DNA of 64,000 bases from Tetramitus jugosus. Its lineage: Eukaryota; Protista; Heterolobosea. A program made the position numbers and the translations under genes. How positions within the stretch are numbered: position 1 is the stretch's first letter; each line of letters opens with the position of its first letter. Positions 46,601-54,515 of this stretch are shown here, piece by piece. Below the pieces are notes generated by a model that saw only the letters and a program-made list of their open reading frames with translations, was not told the DNA's origin and searched no databases. The stretch is from contig OW569350.1 in the NCBI GenBank assembly GCA_937625935.1, positions 496,001 through 560,000 on the forward strand, in the 5' to 3' direction.

Positions 46601-47472
46601 GCCAAGTGAAGGGCAGAATAGGAATGAAATGTCTCCTCGACCATATCAAAACATAGTTTTTTAGCTCTTGATAACGCTGATGATGGACGCGATGCTTGCT
46701 GGACAGTAGACCATGTTTCTCCTTGTTTATCCTCTTCTTTTAACGAGGCATTCGTTGAATCATTATCCAGAAGAATCATTTGAGCGCGACTCATTTTCGA
46801 CGATGTAATCTGTTGCTCGATACGCTTCATTGATAATTCGAATTGGTCCAACAGACTCTCTTCCATCTCATAAACCTTTTTTGCATGATCAATCAAAGCC
46901 TTCACAACACTCCAATGACCGTTCTGAGCTGCTACTAACAATGGACTCATCCTTCTCTCTGCCAAATCATCAACCAACAACTTTGTGCGATTCACATGAT
47001 CGACTACTCGATCAAATGCATCAGCAAACGACTTGTTATCATTCCTATACTTTTTGTTGAGCACCGTTAAACGAAAATGATTGTTCTTAATCTGTTTGAA
47101 CCGATCTCTGGGATTATAGCCTTGATAGAACACGGCTCCACAATCCAACAAGAACTGAACAATGCTCAATCGACCTAGAGCAGCTGCTCTATACAGCAGT
47201 GAGTGACCTTTTCTTGACTTTGCATTGACACTGATAAGCTTCTGAGTGGCACCGTTTTTTTCCGTCGATTCTTGTTCATTCATGTCATCGTCATCGATGT
47301 CCAAGCTTTCACTCTCATGGATGTCAATCTCTTGGGTATCAGCATCGCCACGACTACTCTCATCAGAAACTGAAAGGGAAATGGAAAAGAGCGATTGAGG
47401 CACTAGTAGAAACTGTTTGAACAGTGGAAGATTGTTGGCTTCAATGGCAGAAACTGCATCACTAAAGGTCAT
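43642..47472 (-). CDS. Large ankyrin-repeat protein
   Basis: Many ankyrin repeats (SPLLVAAQNGH, TALHIAAKHN, DTPLHIAAKNG, GDTPLHIACQKG). The true start is taken as MTFSDAV at 47472 because the track's longer ORF reads through the tRNA-Ala gene. Confidence 0.9.
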   Translation of the reverse strand: MTFSDAVSAIEANNLPLFKQFLLVPQSLFSISLSVSDESSRGDADTQEIDIHESESLDIDDDDMNEQESTEKNGATQKLISVNAKSRKGHSLLYRAAALGRLSIVQFLLDCGAVFYQGYNPRDRFKQIKNNHFRLTVLNKKYRNDNKSFADAFDRVVDHVNRTKLLVDDLAERRMSPLLVAAQNGHWSVVKALIDHAKKVYEMEESLLDQFELSMKRIEQQITSSKMSRAQMILLDNDSTNASLKEEDKQGETWSTVQQASRPSSALSRAKKLCFDMVEETFHSYSALHLACKFGHAKVVSVLLAESSGIIHRTTTTHATALHIAAKHNQLDVVRLLLSHSALDVNACDVNNWTALNVALAEKHKEIVKLLLDDCRTDFSIVTVQNQNILHQAIRSKNARMVQIVLNAILKRRLGSIKAYGNLDSDILNQRDQHKFRPIDIAIGSRYSKIIAYFKLFLQKNRENLSKSIQNFHLAGNPDALNSLLLNCLSDEDIPLATELLQLAPHIFRDTIKRRERYLLYYHRFNYVQQSMTPIEFCVLHDKLKMIDFLLANNVVKLTSSLIHMACRRGKVGSLCKLLDHQHMKEKINVLSVAKKSTLYYAIRSNDVRIVEHLLTAGVDVNKHESSKSPPPFLLACIKLNVAILNLLLAHKKINIDCIDPRSSCNALHYLARRGCLSSVEIMKKIIAKEPQLMHRQDRNNDTPLHIAAKNGCFETAKLLMDHGAPLNVLNFNDMMPVSYVFTRGLCKYYHAMAPSYEKLLHSMLEKGQDVNLKMKGGVSLLHKIADWGDLNTFKLLVEKYGARLHNNQTYKGWNPLHVAIWCKRDAIVEYILGQKDLIDVNTPTRAGLYPIHIAYLKPSNHIANLLLGAGARLDVVDKMNQTPAHYAARSYGLSSLLSSGASLSHFDHHGYTPIHVALHSNSRAYVAHIYNSRSRNPRRHFTASLSSLSLLSYEKDSENLHSIITQHYKHGTTIMHECARRNTNLFQVMRQATSGSDKFEQLKKIMYLSETTKANFTPLMTAVYYGQEDSVDAIFAFIRETMSQLHMKNDIDQFIKGLINYSPGPLGVTALHIAFWNNSSFEKAQMLIELGGDLNQKDANGRTCMHLFCSSKVVLEEDLQQYVDLGMKLHIPDKRFSNTGLRIFMIRRDKQLVNYIVQKKLMDVNRPINDNGDTPLHIACQKGSKREVKWLLKMKADLHKKNRKGYTPLEVAKKNLQQFCLGKMYHTSSDKATVKLLMSQNKLGKQSYNNQSGRRVRNKKHRTKKLNLHEDFRMD

Positions 47473-47606
47473 GGGCGGTACGTAGCTCGTGATGTTTTTC
47501 TTCTTTCCAGAAACTTGGATATCACGACAACGAACTTCCTTCAAGAGAGTTTGTGAAAGTTCCACTTGTGAAACTTCAAAACCGCACAAATGCAAAACAA
47601 CAAAAG

Positions 47607-47679
47607 TGGAGCCACAGGGAATCGAACCCTGGACCTCATGCATGCAAAGCACGCGCTCTACCAACTGAGCCATGACCCC
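47607..47679 (-). tRNA. trnA-UGC: tRNA-Ala (TGC)
   Basis: GGGGTCA TG GCTC AGTTGGTA GAGC G CGTGC TT TGC AT GCATG AGGTC CAGGG TTCGATT CCCTG TGGCTCC A: full cloverleaf, G3:U70 Ala identity pair, downstream T4 run. Confidence 0.97.
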
Positions 47680-47708
47680 CATGTCACTCTATTCTATTTT
47701 TAGATATT

Positions 47709-47722
47709 TGAGCGAGAACAGT
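47709..47722 (+). repeat. Left copy of 14-bp target-site duplication TGAGCGAGAACAGT
   Basis: Identical to 48999-49012. Confidence 0.92.
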
Positions 47723-48998
47723 AAACGGAATCACATGTCTGGTGATTTGGTGAAGGAATACTGCAACAGCCGTTATGCAGTGTGGACCACTGCACGGAAA
47801 GTCTCTAGGCCAAGTGACAGAGAGGTGGTCATTACTGGCAACGGTAATGGTGTCTCTCAGTCATCTTTGGCAAGAAAGATAGGAGAGGAGTTTGGTGACT
47901 GGCTCAACCGAGTCCAGGTCATCAAGAGGAAAGGCCAGCAACGCTTTGTTGCATGGGTGACCGCATCTATGAGTTTGTTGAGCTATTCAACAAACAGAGG
48001 AGGATTGGCAACAGCACTGCTGCACCCAAGCGCAGTGTTGATTGCACACGAAAAGTGGTCGTCCATGGCATGAAGACCATGTCAGTGGACGACATCAAGA
48101 AGCTACTGGGACCTGAGAAGGTTGCCAGTGTGCTCAAGAAGCGTGACACTGCTTTCGTGGTCATCACCCACGAGCAGTGCTCAGCGGAGAGAACAAGATA
48201 AAGGCCACGGTCACTCGATACGTCGAGAGACCACATGATCCTCTCAAGGCTGTCAACAAGAGGTTGAAGAAGATGTACGAGGAGCTGCTGACGGTGGTTG
48301 ACGGACTGCGTCGACAGGTCACAGAACTCACCAAGGAATTGGGAAAGACTAAGGGTCAAGGGGGCAACAAACCGGTTCCAATGCCGGAGCAAGAAGTTGC
48401 CCAAGCCACTGCTAGGATGGAGACTACTCCTGAGTTAGTGGAGGCAGAAGAACAGAGGACTGTCGCAACACCACTGTCATCAGTGCCTGTTGTACAGCTC
48501 AGTGCTGAGAACCGGCAAATTCTGGAGCAAGTGAATGCCACTTCTCCAGTGTTCGCCAGAGTGAAAAAGGAAATTGCTGCATTGGCGCTGGCTGCTGCAC
48601 GCAAAAGGTATGGTTTGACTGAGGACGAACCAGTCATTGTGGATGTGGATGATGACTCCGAAAAGGAGATTCAGAGTCCACAACTCAATGAAAACAAGAA
48701 GAGGAGTGCTAGGATCACACTGGGTGATCTGATGAGCAACAAGGCCCAAAACAAGAAAAAAACAACAGATGGCTCTGTGTCCATCGACGGTCCTACTACA
48801 AGGTTACACCCTTTGATGAAGGGCATCAACCAAACCACTCAACAGAGTGATTCTTCCAACCTGTAGGTGCACCGTCGGGGACAACAAGAGAAGAAGAGTG
48901 AATGACGCCCTACGGGGTAACACTCACAAAACAAGTCAATAAATGAGCAATCGTGTGCTTGCGCAGCAAGCACACATGGTTGTATGGAAAAAAAAAAA
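47723..48998 (+). mobile_element. Poly(A)-tailed non-LTR retroelement insertion (ORF1-only or retrocopy) upstream of tRNA-Ala
   Basis: Bounded by a 14-bp direct repeat, ends in A11 (48988-48998), has a 3' stem-loop and AATAAA, is visibly more GC-rich than its flanks, and carries a frameshifted RRM-RRM-coiled-coil ORF. Confidence 0.85.
47735..48866 (+). pseudogene. Frameshifted ORF1p-like gene (two RRM-like units + coiled coil) within the element
   Basis: Three overlapping track ORFs (47672-48073, 47953-48201, 48177-48866) step by -1 each and join into one plausible protein: EVVITGNG...VQVIKRKGQQRFVA / RKVVVHGMKTMSVDDIKKLLGPEKVASVLKKRDTAFVVI / KATVTRY...LKKMYEELLTVVDGLRRQVTELTKEL. Confidence 0.65.
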
Positions 48999-49012
48999 TG
49001 AGCGAGAACAGT
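48999..49012 (+). repeat. Right copy of 14-bp target-site duplication TGAGCGAGAACAGT
   Basis: Immediately follows the A11 tail; identical to 47709-47722. Confidence 0.92.
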
Positions 49013-49319
49013 CATCACAACACATGCACAGCTCTGGAATCACTGTCGCGAATGAGAGGTGCAGCACTGTTGTAGAAAAAAATGGCTGTGAATTGCTAAT
49101 GGGCCTAGAAACGGAAGAGAAGGCCAGCAAAGAGGAGATGTGCAGAGGTTGTATTATTCATATGTCAATGGGATGAAGCAGTAGACGACGTCAATACGAT
49201 GCACACACTCTACCAGCAATCGAAAGACTGCAAACAGTATCAGTAAAAACAACAGCCTAGGTGAACAGAATCAGTAGAACAACTTCAAGATTCTAATCTT
49301 GCAACATTTAACAACTCCT

Positions 49320-50068
49320 TCAAAGAGTTTTACTATATTCATAAGCTTGCACATTGGATGTCACATTGAGACCAGTGTACACATCAATTGTCTTTTCTTG
49401 CTTGAATCCTAATTTTTCAAAAAATTTGCATGCTGCTTCATTGTCCACCTGAACATGAACATACACTCGCTTGACATCAGGATTGTGCTCTGCAATAAAC
49501 TGAATCTTCTCATACAGCTTTGAAGCAACACCCAATCTTCTGTATTTGCTCAACACGGCAATGCTCACAATTTGAAGAGACTTTGTCGATTCATCAATCT
49601 TACAGCTCATTGATCCCACAGAGATATCATTGTAATATGCTTTGTGTGTGTATAGATACCATATGGATATTTGTTGAAAGTAGTAGTAGCAGAAAAAAAA
49701 ATTTTTGTTCAGAATTGCATTCTCAAATGCTGACAAAATTCCAATTTTCTTATAGTACAAAAAGCAACTAAACAACAGAAAATTTGAAAGCTTTGAACAT
49801 ACCTAACCAGTTGAAATCAGGTCCCCAGCTCAAAACTGAATCATAATACTTGTTGTCTAGAGACAAGAAAGATGCATCTTTGCTTATATTGTCATGACCA
49901 TACACTGCGGTGTTCAAAGTTTTTAATTGTTGAATAATTTTGTCAATGACACCTTGGAAACGGAATCGAAGACCAAATTGTTTTGGTGGCTCAATTTCAG
50001 TTTCCAAGTGATTCAGTAGGTTGGCAGTGTTGACTCTGTTTGATCTTTTGAATGTTCTCCAGTGACAT
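49320..50068 (-). CDS. NAA50-like GNAT N-acetyltransferase; intron 49640-49802; apparent 1-nt frameshift near 50040
   Basis: IQQLKTLNTAVY...DNKYYDSVL...WL|AYYNDISVGSMSC...IVSIAVLSKYRRLGVASKL...VYVHVQVDNEAACKFFEKLGF matches the NAA50 pattern. Intron G|GTATGT...AAG|CA. The best-context ATG (50068) is 1 nt out of frame. Confidence 0.75.
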
Positions 50069-50157
50069 GTTTTCTTGCTTTTTGTTGCTGTGAAAAATCG
50101 GAGTTTCGCATTTGGGCGCCAAAGAAAGTTCTTCAAAGTCAAGCACAACCTGAGATC

Positions 50158-50502
50158 ATGTCTTCTGCAACGACTACTGATTGTGAACAGACCAAGCATT
50201 CGTCGACTCCAACTTGTTTCGAAGAGGTTTCTCATTGGAACTCTGTTGTTTCTCAACTTGGCAACAAGAATGATGATCCAGAGCTAACTGAGAAGGCACA
50301 ATTCAAGCTGCGATGCTATTTGAACTGGTGTATGGGTCAAAAAGATTTTGAGAATACAAGGATTCAGTTCAAGGCATGTTGCAAGAGTAATCAAGAACAG
50401 ATTGAAGAGAGATTGAACAAGGAATCATGGGGTCAAGATCAACTCCCAGAAGTGTTGTCCCGTGCTCAGCAGTATTTGAACTACCATAACAATAAACAGT
50501 AG
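50158..50502 (+). CDS. Uncharacterised 114-aa Cys-containing protein
   Basis: ATG 50158, host-like codon usage, divergent from the NAA50-like gene across a 90-bp gap. Confidence 0.6.
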   Translation: MSSATTTDCEQTKHSSTPTCFEEVSHWNSVVSQLGNKNDDPELTEKAQFKLRCYLNWCMGQKDFENTRIQFKACCKSNQEQIEERLNKESWGQDQLPEVLSRAQQYLNYHNNKQ

Positions 50503-50547
50503 AATATTTGGACGCGTGGTTGTTTTTATGCGCAAGTTTACACTAAC

Positions 50548-53500
50548 TTAATAAAATATGTTGTCGTCCAACACTTGAAGTTTGATGTCCTTCTTGTGTG
50601 CTTCTCTCGATAACCATGTCATGGGATGTTCCACCAGCAGACCCTTAATATTCACAAGTTGCTTCTTAGCGTTGTTGTAAAGTTCACATCGTTGATTGAA
50701 ATCCATCATATCTGTTCGTTCGTTGTACGTTTCTACTGATTTCTTCCAATCATTCATTGTCAAGTGTTTAATCGAAGGATAATGGTCAAACACTGACTCG
50801 TACAGCTTTGTATTGTCTCTAGCTCGTTTTTTCCAAATGTTATTAAAGGTATGGTCCGATATTGGATCTTTGATAGCCAATGACGTAGGCTGGTTCAGAA
50901 TGTTTTGCTTCTGCTGATGGAATCGATGAGCAAGAGATGAGGACTCAAAATGCATACCACCAGTAGTTGTCGTGTGGTTTGCAGTGTGTTGAGCTTCATC
51001 ACTATCCTGCTCATTATGACTGTGATTGTCCAATCCTAAATGTTCTCTCCACAAGCGCTTTCTCAGTGATTTTCCAAACTTTCCTACTCTTCTCAGCTTG
51101 TTGTTCATCATTGTCTGAGAGCTATCTGTGTCTTCGACAATGATTGCAAGCTCACTGTCATGACTACCAACCATGGATCTGTCATTGATGTTGGCTGATC
51201 CGATAATTACAGTTTTATCATCCACCAGCAACAGTTTCGAGTGAATATACACTTGATTGAAGTGTGGAATATGTTGGATGAAACCATAGTTACACAGAGA
51301 GAAAAACGCAATGTAGTTATCAATGTTGGCCTGAGGAAAATTTGCTCTCAACGTCTCATAAATGCCATCGATTGTTCTCCTTTCCCACTTGATGACTTGC
51401 TGGATACTGGAATCAAAAGGATCGCCGTCGGGATGAATGGGTATGACCACGTACACCCTAAACACTTCCTCATTCAGAATGGCTCTACTAATACGTTCGG
51501 TTAGAGCTTGCGCAACCAAGTTTTCAACTTCCATACTCTTCGGTGTATGAGAGCAAAAGTATTGATTTTCAATATAGATGTAGTGTTGACTTCGTTTGAT
51601 TGTTTCAATATAGGCAGTGTGAATGCTCTGCTCAGTTCTCATTGAGCCACTCCATGTACTAATTGATCGTATCACCTGTCCTCTGACATTGTGTAAATGA
51701 AGGTTCGGTGGCAAATATAAATGAGCCTTGCTTGCTTTCTCAGGATTGAACGGCAGTAGTTCCAAAACAGAAGAATAATTAATGAAATCATCATCTGAAG
51801 ATGGTACAGACGTAACAGACATGCCGTTGTGATGGTTCCACCGAGAGATAAAGTTTGATGAGAAATCCTTGGCTAGTTTTCCGATGGCCACACAGTGTAC
51901 GTCATGCCAAGGCATGCGAGGATACTTGTCTCGATCAATACCGTCTTTAAATGAATCCAACTTCAAATTAATTTTAACAAATCCGCTAACTGATCCATTG
52001 TAGTAATCACTGCCTGGCCACGTCATCATGTAGTGACAGTTATCGCTAATGTGATGGCTCGGAGTATCATATCGACCCCAAGCTAAATCTAGTCCACCAC
52101 AGAATGCCACCACTTGATCCACAACCACGCATTTCTGATGATGAGTCCATTGATAAGGCGATCCTCTCGGATGCATAATACAACGAACATTAGGATGTAA
52201 ACCAGTGAGAATCTTCTGAATCTTCGAAGCACTCAGATTCATACCGGCAATCGTAGTTTCATGCCACAGTATGATGTAGATTTGAACGCCAGAGCTAGCC
52301 ATTCGACTGAGGATGTTATCTAGACGATATTGATTTGGATTCTTCAGATCTCTATCTCGTCTCAGATACAGATAGGGAGAAACGCACCATCCAGCAATAA
52401 AGATTTGCTCCTTTGCATTTAGCATGGCATGGGCAATTGCAGCAAATGTTTCCTTACCATCCACCAGATGCTGCACAGCTGAATGCCTTCTGACAGGAGC
52501 AAACGAATCAAATCGATTATCTTTTCGCGATATCATGAAAAGCAGCAAACAAAACACCCAATTTTGAACATTGTCCTCCTGTATACACTCATATCGAGAC
52601 CACTTTCTCCCCTTCTTCACAGAAAATACAGTTTTCTTCTCGTATCGAACCTTGTTCAACTTTTCAATATTGACCATTTTCTTACAAGCCTTCTTCTGCT
52701 CATCATAATGATACATAATACCTCCACGTATCTCAACATGGTAGGTCTTGTTCTTGTACTTTAGCAGTCCTGCTTTTTCATAGGGTCTACTGCTACTTAA
52801 GAACTCTTGAATCGGTCTATACATGGGATGAAAGATGTAATCATAAATCCCTAGTCCCTCCACCAGATACTTTTCCTCTGAAGCGAGCAATAAATAGTCT
52901 TGGAAGGAGAGTTCTGTTTTGTTGGAGAACAATGTCCTCAATAATCGACTGATATCATCGGCTGATGGAGGAAGAATAGGTCGTTGTTGTGGTACAGGTG
53001 TCGAACTGGACGTTGTGTTCGATTGATCACTCCAACCTATATTCTCCGCAGCGCTCTCTCCCATGTTTGACTCCTCATCTGGAAAATACCGTTTGATAAA
53101 GTCTCGTTCAATGGGGTGCGGCGTAGGTGAATAATACAATTGAGGAGAGTCCGGTTCCTTCTGACTATCTCTGTTTCGAGATGTTGATATTCGATGCAAA
53201 TAAGTATTACCTAATCTTTTGTTCATCGTGCTTCCACTCGCGTCCAATCCACCTGTCGCAGTGGGAGAAGCAGGAGTCTCGTTGAACACCGTTGTTACTT
53301 TGACCATTCCTCTGGGGAATGGACTCGGAGGTTCCCAATTGCTCAATGGTGGTCGACCAACACCTATTTCATTGTTCAATATCGTTTCATTCGGTTCATG
53401 AGACTCATCCGCACGACGAGTAGTTTGTAATAATTGTGAAGGAACTTCTTCATCATCTCTTACAATAGTCTTCTCCTTTTGTCGTTCCATAACGTTCAAT

Positions 53501-54258
53501 TGATCCATCTCCTCTTCGCCTCGCGTCTTTTGACGATTGTCTAACTCACGGTCCTCCAACCTCAGTATCGACAACGATTGCAGCACCGAAATGTACCGTT
53601 GCATATTCTGTATCGTCAATTTACCCTCTCCGTCCAAATCATAAATTCTAAAGGAGAATTTTGCCTTTTCATAAAAATTACCATGCACAGCAGTGCTCAT
53701 CGCCGTGGCAAACTCTGAAAAGCTAATCAATCCATCAGCGTCCGTATTCACAGCCTTAAATATCACCCGTAACACAAATTCATTCTCAGCCGTAAACACA
53801 AAGTTTCCATTTTGTAAGTGATGCGCAAAAAATAGTTCACGACATTGCAACTCGTTCAAGCACAGCTTACTCGGGTCACTGCACAAGCAAGAAAAATTTT
53901 GTTTCAACAGTTTGAATTCAATGGGATTAAAGTGTGTTCGCGGCAACAAGAGCTGCAAATCATTGTCATGATTATTCTTCTTCAAGAACAAGGTGACACG
54001 ACTCGCTTCAATCATCTCTTCTTGGATGACAGATGGTCTGCGAGACATGACAGTTGATTCTGCACTGTTTCGACTCGTTGTTGTCTGATCTATATCGGAA
54101 GATGAGGTCGATGAGCCAGACGAGGAAGTCGAAGGTGGTGAATTGAGTTGCGATGGTGTTGTAGTTGACGATGAGGTCGGTGTCTGATCATCATGTTTGG
54201 AGGAAGAAGACATGCGTCGACTCATCTTCCTTATACGTTTCTTTGCCTTGTGGTACAT
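50548..54258 (-). CDS. Phospholipase D (two HKD motifs) with N-terminal EF-hands and a PH domain
   Basis: HHQKCVVVD and YIHSKLLLVDD...IGSANINDRS; RMPWHD; YIENQYF; EF-hands NTDADGLISFSEF and DLDGEGKLTIQNM; PH-like EKAGLLKYK...NWVFCL. Confidence 0.94.
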   Translation of the reverse strand: MYHKAKKRIRKMSRRMSSSSKHDDQTPTSSSTTTPSQLNSPPSTSSSGSSTSSSDIDQTTTSRNSAESTVMSRRPSVIQEEMIEASRVTLFLKKNNHDNDLQLLLPRTHFNPIEFKLLKQNFSCLCSDPSKLCLNELQCRELFFAHHLQNGNFVFTAENEFVLRVIFKAVNTDADGLISFSEFATAMSTAVHGNFYEKAKFSFRIYDLDGEGKLTIQNMQRYISVLQSLSILRLEDRELDNRQKTRGEEEMDQLNVMERQKEKTIVRDDEEVPSQLLQTTRRADESHEPNETILNNEIGVGRPPLSNWEPPSPFPRGMVKVTTVFNETPASPTATGGLDASGSTMNKRLGNTYLHRISTSRNRDSQKEPDSPQLYYSPTPHPIERDFIKRYFPDEESNMGESAAENIGWSDQSNTTSSSTPVPQQRPILPPSADDISRLLRTLFSNKTELSFQDYLLLASEEKYLVEGLGIYDYIFHPMYRPIQEFLSSSRPYEKAGLLKYKNKTYHVEIRGGIMYHYDEQKKACKKMVNIEKLNKVRYEKKTVFSVKKGRKWSRYECIQEDNVQNWVFCLLLFMISRKDNRFDSFAPVRRHSAVQHLVDGKETFAAIAHAMLNAKEQIFIAGWCVSPYLYLRRDRDLKNPNQYRLDNILSRMASSGVQIYIILWHETTIAGMNLSASKIQKILTGLHPNVRCIMHPRGSPYQWTHHQKCVVVDQVVAFCGGLDLAWGRYDTPSHHISDNCHYMMTWPGSDYYNGSVSGFVKINLKLDSFKDGIDRDKYPRMPWHDVHCVAIGKLAKDFSSNFISRWNHHNGMSVTSVPSSDDDFINYSSVLELLPFNPEKASKAHLYLPPNLHLHNVRGQVIRSISTWSGSMRTEQSIHTAYIETIKRSQHYIYIENQYFCSHTPKSMEVENLVAQALTERISRAILNEEVFRVYVVIPIHPDGDPFDSSIQQVIKWERRTIDGIYETLRANFPQANIDNYIAFFSLCNYGFIQHIPHFNQVYIHSKLLLVDDKTVIIGSANINDRSMVGSHDSELAIIVEDTDSSQTMMNNKLRRVGKFGKSLRKRLWREHLGLDNHSHNEQDSDEAQHTANHTTTTGGMHFESSSLAHRFHQQKQNILNQPTSLAIKDPISDHTFNNIWKKRARDNTKLYESVFDHYPSIKHLTMNDWKKSVETYNERTDMMDFNQRCELYNNAKKQLVNIKGLLVEHPMTWLSREAHKKDIKLQVLDDNIFY

Positions 54259-54515
54259 GATTGTGTGTGAGTGGTAATGTGGAATGAGAGATTCAGGTAT
54301 CTGAATTCAACAGATAAAGGTACGTAGAGATTGTGTGGTCTTCGCGTTGTTGTGTCATGATCACCTAACATGGAAGAAAAAGGTTGAAAGGTGTGGAAGA
54401 TTATTTTTGTTTTTTGGAGGAGCCAAACTCCCTTCTTTTTACGCAGGTCACAAAAATAAGCGTGGCTGTGGTCAACCCTGGGTTACGTGTGGAATCCCTT
54501 TTTGATTCTGGACTT

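Noticed and set aside
47473-47682. N-terminal extension of the ankyrin ORF (MGVMAQLVERVLCMHEVQGSIPCGS)
   Set aside because: It is the translation of the tRNA-Ala gene; the real start is most likely ATG 47472.
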